Of a DNA stretch of 64,000 bases, positions 1 to 11,514 are shown in pieces. The translations under genes were made by a program, and so were the position numbers. Source of the stretch: an uncultured Muribaculaceae bacterium. Lineage in GTDB: Bacteria > Bacillota_I > Bacilli_A > RF39 > UBA660. Every line of letters begins with the position of its first letter. Position 1 is the first letter of the stretch. The notes under the pieces are model-generated. The model ran no database searches, had not been told where the DNA came from, and was given only the letters and a program-made list of their open reading frames with translations. The DNA lies in assembly GCA_964397485.1 (NCBI GenBank), contig CAYNHT010000002.1, forward strand, positions 158,061-222,060, in the 5' to 3' direction.

Positions 1-686
1 TTACTTTGAGACATCGTGGTGGTGGAGCCAAAAGAAAATATCGTATTATCGATTTTAAAAGAGATAAAGATGGTATCGTTGGTACTGTTGCTTCAATTGA
101 GTACGATCCAAATAGAACAGCTAACATTGCTTTAATAAGTTATTCTGATGGGGAAAAAAGATATATTCTTGCTCCAAAAGGATTAAAAGTTGGGGATAAA
201 ATTGAGAGTGGAGATAATGCTGATATTAAAGTTGGTAACTCATTACCACTTGCAAATATTCCTGAAGGTACAACAGTACACAATATTGAAATTAAACCTG
301 GTAAAGGTGGGCAAATGGCTCGCTCTGCAGGAACAAGCGTTCAAATATTAGGACGTGAAGGAAGATATACTTTACTTCGTTTAAGTAGTGGGGAAGTTCG
401 TAAAATATTAAGTTCTTGTCGTGCTACTATTGGTGAAGTAGGAAATGCGGATCATGAATTAGTAAGTATTGGTAAAGCCGGTCGTAAAAGACATATGGGT
501 ATTAAGCCAACAGTTCGTGGTTCAGCTATGAACCCTAATGATCACCCGCATGGTGGTGGTGAAGGACGTTCGCCAATCGGTCGTAAAGGTCCAGTTACTC
601 CTTGGGGTAAACCAGCATTAGGATACAAGACACGTAGCAAGAAAAAAGCTTCAAGTAAGTTAATTGTTCGTCGTCGTAAAAAATAG
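1..686 (+). CDS. rplB: 50S ribosomal protein L2, 5'-truncated by window edge
   Basis: Reading frame is open from the window edge. Translation carries L2 hallmarks ([49 protein letters not shown]). It is the first gene in canonical S10-operon order. Confidence 0.97.
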   Translation, partial: TLRHRGGGAKRKYRIIDFKRDKDGIVGTVASIEYDPNRTANIALISYSDGEKRYILAPKGLKVGDKIESGDNADIKVGNSLPLANIPEGTTVHNIEIKPGKGGQMARSAGTSVQILGREGRYTLLRLSSGEVRKILSSCRATIGEVGNADHELVSIGKAGRKRHMGIKPTVRGSAMNPNDHPHGGGEGRSPIGRKGPVTPWGKPALGYKTRSKKKASSKLIVRRRKK

Positions 687-702
687 TGAAAGGATGGTTT
701 AA

Positions 703-975
703 ATGGCTAGAAGTTTAAAAAAAGGTCCCTTTGTTGATGGAAGCTTAGTTGCTAAAGTTAAAAAGGTAAGTGTTTCTGGAAAAAAAGAAGTAATTAAAAC
801 ATGGTCTCGCCGTTCAACAATTTATCCTGAATTTATTGGACACACATTTGCTGTTCATAATGGTAAAGAATTTATCCCTGTTTATGTAACAGAAGATATG
901 GTTGGACATAAATTAGGTGAATTTTCACCAACTCGTAAATTTGGTGGACATGGCGACGAAAAAGCTAAGAAATAA
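703..975 (+). CDS. rpsS: 30S ribosomal protein S19
   Basis: 90 aa with the KKGPFVD...[28 protein letters not shown] signature; sits between rplB and rplV. Confidence 0.97.
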   Translation: MARSLKKGPFVDGSLVAKVKKVSVSGKKEVIKTWSRRSTIYPEFIGHTFAVHNGKEFIPVYVTEDMVGHKLGEFSPTRKFGGHGDEKAKK

Positions 976-1000
976 TTGATTACCGGGAAGGAGGACTAAA

Positions 1001-1336
1001 ATGGAAGCAAAAGCGATTGCAAAAGGCGTTAGAATTGCACCTCGTAAAGCTCGTTTAGTTATTGATTTAATACGTGGTAAAAACGTAAATGAAGCTGATA
1101 AAATTTTAAGTAATTTAAATAAAGAAGCTGCAAGATTAATTCGTAAAGTGTTAACTTCAGCTGTTGCTAATGCAGAAAACAATTTAGGTTTAAATAAAGA
1201 AATCTTATTTGTTAAAGAAGCATTAATAAATGAAGGTCAAACAATGAAAAGAATTAAATTTGGTTCACGTGGACATGTGGATCCGATTAAGAAAAGAACA
1301 AGTCACATTACAATTGTTGTAAGTGAAAAAAATTAA
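1001..1336 (+). CDS. rplV: 50S ribosomal protein L22
   Basis: 111 aa starting [27 protein letters not shown], typical of L22; SD ggaagga upstream; operon order. Confidence 0.96.
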   Translation: MEAKAIAKGVRIAPRKARLVIDLIRGKNVNEADKILSNLNKEAARLIRKVLTSAVANAENNLGLNKEILFVKEALINEGQTMKRIKFGSRGHVDPIKKRTSHITIVVSEKN

Positions 1337-1353
1337 GCAAAGGAGGTAAACTG

Positions 1354-2034
1354 ATGGGTCAAAAAGTTAGTCCGGTCGGACTTAGAATAGGCATTAACAA
1401 AACTTGGGAGTCTAAATGGTATGCAGAAAACAAAGATTTTGCTAAGTTTTTAAATAACGATGTCAAAATTCGTAAATTTTTAACTAAGAAATTAAAAGAC
1501 GCAGCGGTTTCAAGTATTCTTATCGAAAGAACTGCCAAAAAGACAGAAGTTATTATTAACACAGCTAAGCCTGGTGTGGTAATTGGTCATGGTGGTGACG
1601 AAATTGAAAAAATCAAAAAAGAATTATCTAAGTTAGTAAACGAGGATGTTCAAATCTCAATTATGGAAGTTAAGAATCCAGATATAGATGCAGCATTGGT
1701 AGCTGAAGCAATTGCGCATCAAATTGAAAATCGTGTTTCATTCAGAATTGCACAAAAAAGAGCAATTAGAAACACAATGAAAGCAGGAGCAAAGGGAATT
1801 AAAACTTCTGTATCAGGTCGTTTAGGTGGAGCTGATATGGCAAGAACTGAAGGATATACAGAAGGTATGATTCCACTTCATACTTTAAGAGCAGATGTTG
1901 ATTATGCTCATAAAGAAGCTGATACTACATTTGGAAAAATTGGTGTTAAAGTATGGATTTATAAAGGAGAAATCCTTCCTGAAAAGAAAAATAAGGGAGG
2001 TAATGAAGATGGCGTTAATACCAAAAAGAACTAA
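1354..2034 (+). CDS. rpsC: 30S ribosomal protein S3
   Basis: 226 aa starting [24 protein letters not shown], with a KH domain ([15 protein letters not shown]). Confidence 0.97.
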   Translation: MGQKVSPVGLRIGINKTWESKWYAENKDFAKFLNNDVKIRKFLTKKLKDAAVSSILIERTAKKTEVIINTAKPGVVIGHGGDEIEKIKKELSKLVNEDVQISIMEVKNPDIDAALVAEAIAHQIENRVSFRIAQKRAIRNTMKAGAKGIKTSVSGRLGGADMARTEGYTEGMIPLHTLRADVDYAHKEADTTFGKIGVKVWIYKGEILPEKKNKGGNEDGVNTKKN

Positions 2035-2440
2035 GTACCGTCGTCCTCATCGTTTATCTTATGAAGGTAAAGCAAGAGGAAACACAGAATTACATTTTGG
2101 TGAATATGGTTTAATGGCAGTAGATGGAGCTTGGATTACACAACAACAAATCGAAGCTGCTCGTGTTGCTATGACACGTTATATGAAACGTGGAGGAAAA
2201 GTATGGATTAATATTTTCCCACACTTATCATTAACAAAAATACCTTTAGAAACTCGTATGGGTAAAGGTAAAGGTCAACCAGAGTTATGGGTAGCAGTAG
2301 TAAAGTCAGGCAAAATTATGTTTGAAGTTGCGGGTGTAGATGAAGCTACAGCACGTGAAGCATTACGTCTAGCTATGCACAAACTTCCGATCAAATGTAA
2401 ATTTGTAAAGAGAGAAAGTGGTGAAGCTAATGAAAAATAA
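2009..2440 (+). CDS. rplP: 50S ribosomal protein L16
   Basis: The track ORF 1895..2440 overlaps rpsC. The L16 N-terminus [15 protein letters not shown] starts at ATG 2009, 8 nt after SD aagggagg (1993-2000). Confidence 0.95.
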   Translation: MALIPKRTKYRRPHRLSYEGKARGNTELHFGEYGLMAVDGAWITQQQIEAARVAMTRYMKRGGKVWINIFPHLSLTKIPLETRMGKGKGQPELWVAVVKSGKIMFEVAGVDEATAREALRLAMHKLPIKCKFVKRESGEANEK

Positions 2441-2627
2441 AGATATTAGAGAATTATCTAGCGAAGAAATCACTAAAAAAATCGAAGAATATAAAGAAGA
2501 ATTATTTAATTTACGTTTCAGTCAAGCTACAGGAAATCTTGAGAAGCCTTCAAGAATTCGTGAACTTAGGAAATTAGTAGCACGTATGAAAACAATCTTA
2601 CGTGAACGTGAATTGAAAGAAGACTAA
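2430..2627 (+). CDS. rpmC: 50S ribosomal protein L29
   Basis: [30 protein letters not shown] is typical L29. ATG 2430 overlaps the rplP stop, indicating translational coupling. Confidence 0.93.
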   Translation: MKNKDIRELSSEEITKKIEEYKEELFNLRFSQATGNLEKPSRIRELRKLVARMKTILRERELKED

Positions 2628-2638
2628 GGAGGCAATTT

Positions 2639-2899
2639 ATGGAAGCAAAAAGAACTCGTGAATTAATCGGAAAAGTTGTAAGTGATAAAAACGAAAAAAC
2701 TATTACAGTTTTAGTAGAAACTTACAAAACTGATAGTTTGTATGGAAAACGTGTTAAATATTCTAAAAAATATACTGCTCATGATGAAAAGAATGAAGCC
2801 AAAATTGGTGATAAAGTACGTATTGTTGAAACTAGACCATTATCTAAATCAAAACATTATCGTCTAGTAGAAATTATAGAAAAAGCAATTATTTTATAA
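2639..2899 (+). CDS. rpsQ: 30S ribosomal protein S17
   Basis: 86 aa with [17 protein letters not shown]...[16 protein letters not shown], typical of S17. Confidence 0.96.
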   Translation: MEAKRTRELIGKVVSDKNEKTITVLVETYKTDSLYGKRVKYSKKYTAHDEKNEAKIGDKVRIVETRPLSKSKHYRLVEIIEKAIIL

Positions 2900-2926
2900 T
2901 TGCATCTCGAAAAGGAGGATTAATAT

Positions 2927-3295
2927 ATGGTTCAACAAGAAAGTCGTTTGAAAGTAGCTGACAACTCTGGTGCTCGTGAATTATCTGTAATTCGAGTATT
3001 AGGTGGAAGTAAAGTAAGAACGGGAAATATTGGAGATATAGTTGTTGGAACTATCAAAAAAGCAACTCCTAATGGCACAGTAAAAAAAGGTAAAGTTGTA
3101 AAAGCTGTGATTGTTAGAAGTAAATTTGGTCTAAGAAGAGAAGATGGATCTTATATTAAATTTGATGATAACGCTTGTGTTATTATTAAAGATGATAGAA
3201 GTCCAGTAGGAACTCGTGTGTTTGGACCAGTAGCGCGTGAATTGCGTGACAAAGATTTTATGAAAATTGTATCACTTGCTAAAGAAGTGTTATAA
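2927..3295 (+). CDS. rplN: 50S ribosomal protein L14
   Basis: 122 aa starting [18 protein letters not shown], typical of L14. Confidence 0.97.
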   Translation: MVQQESRLKVADNSGARELSVIRVLGGSKVRTGNIGDIVVGTIKKATPNGTVKKGKVVKAVIVRSKFGLRREDGSYIKFDDNACVIIKDDRSPVGTRVFGPVARELRDKDFMKIVSLAKEVL

Positions 3296-3312
3296 TGTTT
3301 GGAGGGAAAAAC

Positions 3313-3621
3313 ATGAACTTTAAAACTGGAGATAAAGTTGTTGTTATTGCTGGTAAAGATCGCGGGAAAGAAGGAAAAATAACAAAAATACTAAGAGCTG
3401 AAAATAAAGTTATAGTCGAATCAGTTAATGTTATTAAAAAACATGTAAAACCGAATGGGCAAACTGCTGGTAGTATTGTTGAAATGGAAGCACCTATTGA
3501 TGCATCTAATGTTATGATTTTAGATCCTAAGACGAAAAAAAGAACCAGAATAGGACATACTGTTGATAAAAAAGGTAACAAAATTAGAATCGCAAAGAAA
3601 TCTAATGAAAATCTTGATTAA
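3313..3621 (+). CDS. rplX: 50S ribosomal protein L24
   Basis: [23 protein letters not shown] (KOW motif). ATG 3313 follows SD ggaggg at 3301-3306; the track start at 3295 is too early. Confidence 0.94.
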   Translation: MNFKTGDKVVVIAGKDRGKEGKITKILRAENKVIVESVNVIKKHVKPNGQTAGSIVEMEAPIDASNVMILDPKTKKRTRIGHTVDKKGNKIRIAKKSNENLD

Positions 3622-3638
3622 TTGGAAGGAGGGTATAT

Positions 3639-4178
3639 ATGAACCGCCTAAAAGAAAAATATAATAAAGAAATCATACCTAGTTTAAGAGAAAAATATGG
3701 TTATAAATCTGTTATGGAAGTACCAACTTTAGATAAAATAGTAGTTAACATTGGTGTAGGAGATGCTACAACAAATAGTAAATTATTAGATGCAGCAGTG
3801 GCTGACTTAACAGTTATAACTGGTCAAAAACCAGTTGTTACAACAGCTAAAAAAGCAATTGCTGGATTCAAACTTAGAGAAGGTCAAGCAATTGGATGTA
3901 AAGTAACTCTTCGTGGAGAAAAAATGTATAACTTTTTAGATAAATTAGTTAGCATTACATTACCACGTGTTAGGGATTTTAGAGGAATTTCTAATAAGTC
4001 GTTTGATGGACGTGGAAACTATACATTAGGATTAACTGAACAATTAATTTTCTCAGAAATAGAATATGATAATGTTGTTAAAGTGCGTGGTATGGATATA
4101 GTTTTCGTTACAACAGCAAAAACTAACGAAGAAGCGTACGATCTCTTAAAAGGTTTCGGTATGCCGTTTAAGAAATAA
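3639..4178 (+). CDS. rplE: 50S ribosomal protein L5
   Basis: 179 aa starting [29 protein letters not shown], typical of L5. Confidence 0.97.
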   Translation: MNRLKEKYNKEIIPSLREKYGYKSVMEVPTLDKIVVNIGVGDATTNSKLLDAAVADLTVITGQKPVVTTAKKAIAGFKLREGQAIGCKVTLRGEKMYNFLDKLVSITLPRVRDFRGISNKSFDGRGNYTLGLTEQLIFSEIEYDNVVKVRGMDIVFVTTAKTNEEAYDLLKGFGMPFKK

Positions 4179-4198
4179 CTCTAAAAAAGGAGGATATT

Positions 4199-4384
4199 AT
4201 GGCTAAAAAGAGCATGATTGTGAAAGCTAGTCGAAAACCAAAGTACAAAGTGCGCGAATATACTCGTTGTCAAAGATGTGGTAGACCTCATGCTGTACTT
4301 AAAAAATATGGAATTTGCCGTATTTGTTTTAGAGAACTAGCGTATAAAGGACAAATACCAGGTATAAAAAAATCGAGCTGGTAG
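4199..4384 (+). CDS. rpsZ: 30S ribosomal protein S14 type Z (zinc-binding form)
   Basis: 61 aa with [23 protein letters not shown] (CxxC...CxxC); spc-operon position. Confidence 0.96.
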   Translation: MAKKSMIVKASRKPKYKVREYTRCQRCGRPHAVLKKYGICRICFRELAYKGQIPGIKKSSW

Positions 4385-4403
4385 AATTGAAGGGAGGATA
4401 TAT

Positions 4404-4802
4404 ATGGTAGTAACTGATCCAATCGCGGATATGCTTACGAGAATTCGTAATGCTAATCAAATGCGATATAAAGAAGTTGAAGTACCCGCTTCAAAATTAA
4501 AAATTGAGATAGCAAGAATATTAAAGGATGAAGGTTTTATAAGTGATTACAAAATCAAAAAGAATAATATTCAAGATATAATTGTCTTAAATTTAAAATA
4601 TGGACAAAATAAAGAACGCGTTATTACTGGATTAAAGAAAATTTCTAAACCAGGATTACGTGTATATGCAAAAGCTGATGAAGTTCCAAAAGTATTAAAT
4701 GGACTAGGTATTGCAATTGTTTCTACATCTAAAGGTGTTATGACAGATAAGCAAGCTAGAAATGAAACTCTTGGTGGCGAAGTATTAGCTTACATTTGGT
4801 AG
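4404..4802 (+). CDS. rpsH: 30S ribosomal protein S8
   Basis: 132 aa starting [19 protein letters not shown], typical of S8. Confidence 0.97.
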   Translation: MVVTDPIADMLTRIRNANQMRYKEVEVPASKLKIEIARILKDEGFISDYKIKKNNIQDIIVLNLKYGQNKERVITGLKKISKPGLRVYAKADEVPKVLNGLGIAIVSTSKGVMTDKQARNETLGGEVLAYIW

Positions 4803-4820
4803 AAAGTAAGGAGGATTATT

Positions 4821-5354
4821 ATGAGTCGTATTGGTAATAGAGTACTATCAATACCTGAAAATGTTACAGTATCTGTTGATGGTAATATTGTTAGTGTTAA
4901 AGGTCCTAAAGGTGAACTTTCTACAGAAATAAATCGTAATATAACAATTGAAATTAGTGGAAATGAACTTACTGTTTCAAGAAAAAGCGATAATTTCAAG
5001 AATTTTCATGGAACTGCTAATGCAAATATCAGAAATATGATCATTGGTGTAACTGAAGGTTTTGAAAAGAAATTAGAATCAATTGGTGTTGGTTACCGTT
5101 TCGCATTAAAAGGTAATACTATAGTAGTAACTGCTGGATATTCACATCCTGTTGAGGTAAGTGTACCAGAAGGTCTTGCTGTAGAATCACCTAGTAATAC
5201 TGAATTAACAATCAAAGGAACAAATAAATGTCTTGTTGGTGAATTTGCAGCTAACATTCGTAAAATAAGACCACCTGAGCCATACAAAGGTAAAGGTATT
5301 CGTTATAAAGATGAAGTTATCCGTCGTAAAGAAGGAAAGAAAGCTTCTAAGTAA
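4821..5354 (+). CDS. rplF: 50S ribosomal protein L6
   Basis: 177 aa starting MSRIGNRVLSIPENVTVSVDGNIVSVKGPKGEL, typical of L6. Confidence 0.97.
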   Translation: MSRIGNRVLSIPENVTVSVDGNIVSVKGPKGELSTEINRNITIEISGNELTVSRKSDNFKNFHGTANANIRNMIIGVTEGFEKKLESIGVGYRFALKGNTIVVTAGYSHPVEVSVPEGLAVESPSNTELTIKGTNKCLVGEFAANIRKIRPPEPYKGKGIRYKDEVIRRKEGKKASK

Positions 5355-5378
5355 TCTAAGGTAAAGGAGAGATTTACT

Positions 5379-5741
5379 ATGATAAAAAAAGTATCTCGTA
5401 ATGAAGTACGTAAAGCTAGACACGCTCGTGTAAGAGAAAAAATCTCTGGAACATCTAATGTACCAAGACTTAACGTGTTTAGATCAAATCAAAATATTTT
5501 TGCACAAATTATAGATGATGAAAACGCAGTTACTTTAGTTAGTGCTTCTTCTATCGACAAAGAATTAAATCTTGTTAATGGTAGTAATGTAGAAGCTGCT
5601 ACTAAAGTGGGCGAATTGCTTGCTAAAAGAGCAAAAGATGCAAAAATTAAAGAAGTTAAATTTGATAGAGGTGGATACCTATATCATGGACGTGTTAAAG
5701 CTCTAGCTGAAGCTGCACGTGCAAATGGATTAGAATTCTAA
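5379..5741 (+). CDS. rplR: 50S ribosomal protein L18
   Basis: 120 aa with [18 protein letters not shown]...[26 protein letters not shown]. Confidence 0.97.
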   Translation: MIKKVSRNEVRKARHARVREKISGTSNVPRLNVFRSNQNIFAQIIDDENAVTLVSASSIDKELNLVNGSNVEAATKVGELLAKRAKDAKIKEVKFDRGGYLYHGRVKALAEAARANGLEF

Positions 5742-5753
5742 GGAGGGTAAAGA

Positions 5754-6260
5754 ATGGAAAACAAAAGAAGAGAACCACGCCCGAAACAATTTGAAGAAGA
5801 AATTATCAATATTGGTAGGGTTACGAAAGTAACTAAAGGTGGTCGTCATTTCCGTTTCTCTGCTACAGTAGCTGTTGGAGATAAAAAAGGGCAAGTAGGA
5901 TTAGGAACTGGTAAAGCAAATGAAGTACCAGATGCTATTAAGAAAGCTGTTCAAGCAGCAACTAAAAATGTAGTTAGAGTATCTATAGTTGATAATAGAA
6001 CTATCCCGCATGAAGCAATTGGTGTTCAAGGAGCTAGTAAGGTTATGTTGAAACCAGCGTTAAAAGGTACAGGAGTAAAAGCAGGTGGACCTGTTCGTGC
6101 TGTCCTTGAATTAGCTGGGGTTAAAGATATCTTATCAAAGTCACTTGGATCAAGCACTAAAATTAATATGGCATACGCTACTCTTAATGCACTTAAATCA
6201 CAAAGAACAATTGAAGAAGTTGCTGCTTTACGTGGCAAAAAAGTAGAGGAGATCATATAA
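5754..6260 (+). CDS. rpsE: 30S ribosomal protein S5
   Basis: 168 aa with [38 protein letters not shown]. Confidence 0.97.
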   Translation: MENKRREPRPKQFEEEIINIGRVTKVTKGGRHFRFSATVAVGDKKGQVGLGTGKANEVPDAIKKAVQAATKNVVRVSIVDNRTIPHEAIGVQGASKVMLKPALKGTGVKAGGPVRAVLELAGVKDILSKSLGSSTKINMAYATLNALKSQRTIEEVAALRGKKVEEII

Positions 6261-6261
6261 T

Positions 6262-6705
6262 ATGAAATTATATAGTATGTATCCAAACGAAGGAGCTACG
6301 AAAACTCGTAAAAGAGTTGGTCGTGGACCTGGTAGTGGTTTAGGAAAAACAAGTGGTAAAGGGCACAAGGGGCAAAATGCTCGTAGTGGCGGTGGTGTAA
6401 GACCAGGGTTTGAAGGTGGACAATTACCATTATTCAGACGTTTACCAAAAAGAGGATTTAGTAATGCTAGATTTAAGGTAGAATATGCGGTTATTAATTT
6501 AAGTGATTTAAATAATTTCGAAGAAGGAGCTATTGTAACTCCAGAAATTTTAAAAGATATGGGACTAGTTAAGAATCAATTAGACGGTATTAAAGTATTA
6601 GGAAATGGTACTTTAGAAAAAAAAGTAGTTGTTAAAGCACATAAATTTTCTAATGTAGCTAAAGAACAAATAGAAAAATTAGGTGGAAAAGCAGAGGTGA
6701 TCTAG
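6262..6705 (+). CDS. rplO: 50S ribosomal protein L15
   Basis: 147 aa with [50 protein letters not shown]. It starts 1 nt after the rpsE stop, so there is no rpmD here. Confidence 0.96.
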   Translation: MKLYSMYPNEGATKTRKRVGRGPGSGLGKTSGKGHKGQNARSGGGVRPGFEGGQLPLFRRLPKRGFSNARFKVEYAVINLSDLNNFEEGAIVTPEILKDMGLVKNQLDGIKVLGNGTLEKKVVVKAHKFSNVAKEQIEKLGGKAEVI

Positions 6706-6706
6706 A

Positions 6707-7975
6707 ATGTTTGCAGCTTTTAAGCAAATATTTAATCCCAAAAATAAAGACTTACAAAAAAAGGTATTGTTTACATTATTAGTATTAGTAATATTTAAAA
6801 TAGGAACAGCTATAATTGTTCCTGGTATTGATAAGGATAGTCTAGGAACCGACAATCTTGGTTTCTTAGAACTTATTAATGCGATGGGTGGAGGAGCATT
6901 AAAGAATTTTTCAATATTTGCTCTTGGAGTAATGCCTTACATTACCGCATCAATCGTAATACAGTTACTACAAATGGATATTATTCCATATTTAACTGAA
7001 CTATCTAAGCAAGGCCATGCTGGGCGTGTTAAAACAAATCAAATAACAAGAGTATTGGGTATTGTTTTAGCCTTTGTTCAAGGTTACATGATGTCATTTG
7101 CTTTTATCAAAGGTGGGACAGTAATGGATTATATGCAATTCGCAACCGTATTGACGGCTGGTACTGCTTTCTTATTGTGGTTAGGAGATCAAATAACTTC
7201 TAAAGGAATTGGAAATGGTATCTCGCTTATAATTATGGCCGGAATTATTGCAAGTTTACCAAAGATGTTTGTTGATGCTTGGGGCGCTTTAGTCAATACA
7301 AGTACTACTCAAGGAACATTTATTGGTGTAACAACATTTGTTATATTTGTTGCTATATATTTAGCTATCGTAATTGGTATTATTTATGTTCAGATTGCTG
7401 AGAGAAGAGTACCAATTCAATATGCAAATAAATCAACATCTAATTTAGGTAAACAAAATTATATACCTTTTAAACTAAATTCTGCTGGAGTAATACCAGT
7501 AATCTTTGCATCAGCACTTGTTTCAATACCAGCTTTATTAGCTCAGTTTTTGAAAAATGATGCATTTAGTGTATTTGTAAGTAAATGGTTATCAATGAAT
7601 ACCATGGTAGGTTTTATATTATATATAGGTTTTATAGTAGGGTTTTCTTACTTCTACACTTATTTACAATTAAAACCAAAAGAAATGGCTGATAACTTAC
7701 AAAAAAATGGTGGATATATCCCAGGTGTAAGACCAGGTGAAGAAACTGTTAGTTATGTAAGTAAAATATTAAATAGGATTACAGTTGTTGGAGCTATTTT
7801 CTTAGCTTTCATAGCTGGACTTCCAATTATCTTTGGAATGTTTTCGAGTTTACCAACTAGTGTATCAATTGGTGGTACAGGACTTTTAATTATTGTTGGA
7901 GTAGCTTTAGAAAGTTACAAACAATTAGAAAGTCAACTAGTTAGTCGAAATTACAGTCGTAGTAGAAGGAGATAA
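6707..7975 (+). CDS. secY: Preprotein translocase subunit SecY
   Basis: 422 aa multi-pass membrane protein in the conserved position after rplO. SecY motifs are present (GVMPYITASIVIQLL, GGYIPGVRPGEET). Confidence 0.96.
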   Translation: MFAAFKQIFNPKNKDLQKKVLFTLLVLVIFKIGTAIIVPGIDKDSLGTDNLGFLELINAMGGGALKNFSIFALGVMPYITASIVIQLLQMDIIPYLTELSKQGHAGRVKTNQITRVLGIVLAFVQGYMMSFAFIKGGTVMDYMQFATVLTAGTAFLLWLGDQITSKGIGNGISLIIMAGIIASLPKMFVDAWGALVNTSTTQGTFIGVTTFVIFVAIYLAIVIGIIYVQIAERRVPIQYANKSTSNLGKQNYIPFKLNSAGVIPVIFASALVSIPALLAQFLKNDAFSVFVSKWLSMNTMVGFILYIGFIVGFSYFYTYLQLKPKEMADNLQKNGGYIPGVRPGEETVSYVSKILNRITVVGAIFLAFIAGLPIIFGMFSSLPTSVSIGGTGLLIIVGVALESYKQLESQLVSRNYSRSRRR

Positions 7976-7977
7976 TA

Positions 7978-8637
7978 ATGAAAAGTATTATTTTTATTGC
8001 CCCACCAGCTGCTGGTAAGGGAACGCAATCAGACATGTTAACAGCAAAATATAACATTCCTCATATTTCTACTGGTTTACTTCTTAGAAATGAAGTTGTA
8101 AATGGTGGTAAGTATAGTGAATATATTAGTGAGCAAATGCATCTTGGTAATTTAGTTAACGATGATATTATTTTAGAATTGTTAAGTGAGCGATTAAGTC
8201 ATTCAGATTGCGACAATGGATATATACTTGATGGATTTCCTAGAGATATTGAACAGGCAATTGCATACGATAAAATTTTAAAGAATCTAAATAAAGAACT
8301 AGGATATGTAATTGTTTTAGATCTAGATAAAGATACTGCTTTAAAAAGAATTATTGGAAGATTGACTTGTTCTAATTGTGGTATTGTATATAATGATATG
8401 TTTGATGATACTAAACCTAAGCATTTAGGTGTATGTAATGAATGTAATTCAGAATTAACAAAAAGAGATGATGATACTGAAGAAATATTTAATAATAGAT
8501 ATCAGACATATCTTAATACGACTGAACCATTGATAAAATATTATGAGGCTAAGGGTGTCTTGTATCGCATTGATAGTGGTATCAATAAAGAATATACTTT
8601 TAGTCAAATAGAAAAAATTATAAATAAAGGTGAGTAG
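7978..8637 (+). CDS. adk: Adenylate kinase (Zn-lid type)
   Basis: P-loop APPAAGKGTQ; lid with CSNCG...CNEC; conserved position after secY. Confidence 0.95.
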   Translation: MKSIIFIAPPAAGKGTQSDMLTAKYNIPHISTGLLLRNEVVNGGKYSEYISEQMHLGNLVNDDIILELLSERLSHSDCDNGYILDGFPRDIEQAIAYDKILKNLNKELGYVIVLDLDKDTALKRIIGRLTCSNCGIVYNDMFDDTKPKHLGVCNECNSELTKRDDDTEEIFNNRYQTYLNTTEPLIKYYEAKGVLYRIDSGINKEYTFSQIEKIINKGE

Positions 8638-8641
8638 AGAT

Positions 8642-9388
8642 ATGATAAATATTAAAACTCCGCATGAAATAGAATTAATGGAGATAGCTGGTAAAATTGT
8701 AGGCGATACACATAACTATATAAAAAAATATATACGACCAGGTATTACAACTAAGGAATTAGATAAACTTGCATATGATTATATAATTAATTCTAATGCA
8801 AAACCCTCTTTTAAAGGTTATGAAGGATATCCAGGATCAATTTGTACTTCTATTAATGAAGAAGTTGTTCATGGGATTCCAAGTAACAGAAAATTAAAAG
8901 ATGGGGATATTATTTCAATTGATATTGGTGCTTGTTATAAAGGATATCACGGAGATTCAGCATGGACCTACGGTGTAGGTAATATAAGTGAAGAAAAGCA
9001 GTATTTATTAGAACATACTGAAAAATCTTTATTTGAAGGATTAGCGGTAGTTAAGCCGGGTGCGAGAATTGGTGATATTGGATATGCAATCTCCAAATAT
9101 ATTGAAGACCATAAATTAGGAGTAGTTAAGGAGTTAGTGGGTCATGGAATTGGAAGTGACTTACACGAAATGCCTGACATACCTAATTTTGGAGAAAAAA
9201 ATACTGGACCTATCTTAAAAGAAGGTATGGTTATTGCTGTTGAGCCGATGATCAATCTAGGAACTGATGAAGTTTATATATTAGATGATGGTTGGACAAT
9301 TGTAACGGCTGATAATAAACCATCTGCTCACTTTGAACATACAATCTTAGTAACAAAAGATGGGTATACAATTTTAACGAAGAGGTGA
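8642..9388 (+). CDS. map: Type I methionine aminopeptidase
   Basis: [13 protein letters not shown]... with metal ligands (DIGA, HGIG, AHFEHT). ATG 8642 was preferred over the GTG 8630 that overlaps the adk stop. Confidence 0.93.
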   Translation: MINIKTPHEIELMEIAGKIVGDTHNYIKKYIRPGITTKELDKLAYDYIINSNAKPSFKGYEGYPGSICTSINEEVVHGIPSNRKLKDGDIISIDIGACYKGYHGDSAWTYGVGNISEEKQYLLEHTEKSLFEGLAVVKPGARIGDIGYAISKYIEDHKLGVVKELVGHGIGSDLHEMPDIPNFGEKNTGPILKEGMVIAVEPMINLGTDEVYILDDGWTIVTADNKPSAHFEHTILVTKDGYTILTKR

Positions 9389-9392
9389 TTTG

Positions 9393-9608
9393 ATGGCCAA
9401 AGATGATACTATTGAAGTAGAAGGTAAAGTATTAGAAGTATTACCAGGTGGAATTTTTAGAGTAGAACTTGAGAATAAACATACTGTAATAGCTCACGTT
9501 TCTGGTAAAATCCGAATGAATTATATTCGCATTTTACCAGGTGATACAGTAACTATAGAACTGTCGCCATATGACTTAACACGTGGGCGCATAACCTATA
9601 GAAAATAA
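9393..9608 (+). CDS. infA: Translation initiation factor IF-1
   Basis: [53 protein letters not shown] agagg lies 7 nt upstream of ATG 9393. Confidence 0.96.
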   Translation: MAKDDTIEVEGKVLEVLPGGIFRVELENKHTVIAHVSGKIRMNYIRILPGDTVTIELSPYDLTRGRITYRK

Positions 9609-9622
9609 TAGGAGGGATTTTA

Positions 9623-9736
9623 ATGAAAATAAAACCATCAGTAAAAAAAATCTGTGATAAATGTAAAATAATTAGACGTAAGGGAAAAGTATATGTAATA
9701 TGCTCTAACCCAAAACATAAACAAAGACAAGGTTAA
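9623..9736 (+). CDS. rpmJ: 50S ribosomal protein L36 (Zn-ribbon form)
   Basis: Not in the ORF track (37 aa). Hand translation gives [39 protein letters not shown] ggaggg at 9611-9616; sits between infA and rpsM. Confidence 0.95.
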   Translation: MKIKPSVKKICDKCKIIRRKGKVYVICSNPKHKQRQG

Positions 9737-9749
9737 TAGGAGGTGTTTT

Positions 9750-10115
9750 ATGGCACGTATAAAAGGTGTAGATATACCAAACAATAAAAGAATTGAAATT
9801 GCATTAACTTATATTTTCGGAATTGGAAGAGGTTTGTCAATTCAAATTTTGAAAGATGCTAATGTTGATTGCAATAAAAAAGCTGGTGATTTAGACAACG
9901 AAGAAATTATTCGTATTCGTGACGAAGTTAATAAATATCTTACTGAAGGTGACTTACGTCGTGAAGTAAATATGAATATCAAAACGAAAATGGAAATTAA
10001 CTCTTATGAAGGTAGCCGTCACAGAAAAGGTTTACCAGTAAGAGGACAACGAACTAATCGTAATGCGAGAACTCGTAAGGGTAAAGGAAAAGTAGTTGCT
10101 AATAAGAAAAAATAA
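9750..10115 (+). CDS. rpsM: 30S ribosomal protein S13
   Basis: 121 aa starting [26 protein letters not shown]. Confidence 0.97.
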   Translation: MARIKGVDIPNNKRIEIALTYIFGIGRGLSIQILKDANVDCNKKAGDLDNEEIIRIRDEVNKYLTEGDLRREVNMNIKTKMEINSYEGSRHRKGLPVRGQRTNRNARTRKGKGKVVANKKK

Positions 10116-10142
10116 TTTGTAACGAAAAAGGAGGTTATATAA

Positions 10143-10526
10143 ATGGCTTATAAACCAAGAAAACGTAAAGTTAAGAAGAATGTGCCAGAAGGACGTGCAT
10201 ATATTCACTCTACTTTTAATAACACTATTGTTACTATAAGTGATAAAGATGGAAATGCAATTAGTTGGGCTTCTGCTGGAACATTAGGATTTAAGGGAAG
10301 TAAGAAATCAACACCATTTGCGGCTGGTATGTCAGCTGAAGCGGCTGGTAAAGCTGCTACAGATATGGGTATGAAAAAAGTTGAAGTATTTGTTAAAGGT
10401 TTAGGTTCGGGTCGTGAAACGGCTATTCGTTCACTTCAAACTGCTGGATTAGAAATTACTTCAATATCTGATGTAACACCGATACCACATAACGGATGTC
10501 GTCCACCAAAACGTCCACGTGGATAA
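10143..10526 (+). CDS. rpsK: 30S ribosomal protein S11
   Basis: 127 aa with [28 protein letters not shown]...[15 protein letters not shown]. Confidence 0.97.
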   Translation: MAYKPRKRKVKKNVPEGRAYIHSTFNNTIVTISDKDGNAISWASAGTLGFKGSKKSTPFAAGMSAEAAGKAATDMGMKKVEVFVKGLGSGRETAIRSLQTAGLEITSISDVTPIPHNGCRPPKRPRG

Positions 10527-10546
10527 AAGAAAAGGAGTGTGTTAGA

Positions 10547-11497
10547 GTGTTAAACTTTGAAAAACCAATATATAAAATAACTGAATATGTAGAAAATAAT
10601 AATTATGGAAAATTTGAGTTAGAACCTTTAGAAAGAGGTTTTGGTACGACTATTGGAAATGCACTTAGAAGAGTAATGCTATCAAGTATGCCGGGTAGTG
10701 CAATTGTAGCTGTGAAAATAGATGGAGTTATGCATGAATTCCAAACTATTGAAGGAGTAGTAGAAGACGTAACATCATTTGTTCTTAATTTAAAAAGTAT
10801 TGTTGTAAAAAATCATTCTAATGAACAAAAAGTAATTAGATTATCTATATCCGAAGAGAGAGTTGTTACAGCTAAAGATATTGAGACAGATTCAGATATT
10901 GAAATAGTTAATAAAGATCAAGTTATTGCAACTTTATCTAAAGGCGGAAAATTAGATATGGAAATGATCGTTGCTAACGGTCGTGGATATGTTCCTGCTA
11001 ATGAAAACAAAAAATATATTGAGAATGCAAAAATAGGATATATTCCAATGGATGCTCTTTATTCACCAATTGAAAGAATTAGTTATGAAGTAGAAAGTGC
11101 CAGAGTTGGTCAAGACGCTAACTATGACAAACTTATTCTACATGTACATACTAACGGTTCAACTCGTCCTGAAGATGCAATTGCTTTAGGGTCTAAAATA
11201 TTAATTGAACATTTTAATATTCTGACAAATTTAAGTGAAATAGCAGATACTACAGGCGTTATGAGTGCTAAACAAGAAGATAGTAAACTTAAGAAATTAG
11301 AAACATCTATTGATGATTTGGATTTCTCAGTTCGTGCTTATAACTGTTTGAAAAGAGCTGGTATAAATACTTTAGGCGATTTGACTGAAAAATCAGAACT
11401 AGAAATGATGAAAATCCGTAATTTAGGTAAAAAATCTTTAAAAGAAGTTATTGATAAAATTAAAGACATGGGACTTAAATTCCGTGATGAAGACTAA
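10547..11497 (+). CDS. rpoA: DNA-directed RNA polymerase alpha subunit
   Basis: GTG 10547 lies 9 nt after SD aaaggag and gives (M)[13 protein letters not shown].... A C-terminal alpha-CTD is present ([22 protein letters not shown]). The track start at 10496 overlaps rpsK. Confidence 0.94.
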   Translation: MLNFEKPIYKITEYVENNNYGKFELEPLERGFGTTIGNALRRVMLSSMPGSAIVAVKIDGVMHEFQTIEGVVEDVTSFVLNLKSIVVKNHSNEQKVIRLSISEERVVTAKDIETDSDIEIVNKDQVIATLSKGGKLDMEMIVANGRGYVPANENKKYIENAKIGYIPMDALYSPIERISYEVESARVGQDANYDKLILHVHTNGSTRPEDAIALGSKILIEHFNILTNLSEIADTTGVMSAKQEDSKLKKLETSIDDLDFSVRAYNCLKRAGINTLGDLTEKSELEMMKIRNLGKKSLKEVIDKIKDMGLKFRDED

Positions 11498-11514
11498 TAG
11501 GTAGGAGGAATATT

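Noticed and set aside
1895-2008. The long N-terminal extension of the rplP track ORF. Similar over-extended starts occur at 2418, 3295, 8630, 9390, 10496, 13372, 15466, 18722, 20594, 43567, 45069, 47095 and 57756.
   Set aside because: The extensions overlap the preceding gene or a terminator. In each case an internal start sits at proper spacing from a Shine-Dalgarno sequence and reproduces the conserved protein N-terminus.
925-6286. Minus-strand track ORFs inside the ribosomal operons (925-1182, 1359-1562, 3279-3581, 4790-4999, 5093-5287, 5205-5423, 6026-6286).
   Set aside because: Each is fully antisense to a highly conserved ribosomal protein gene. They have low-complexity hydrophobic translations and no SD, as expected for chance ORFs opposite AT-rich coding DNA.
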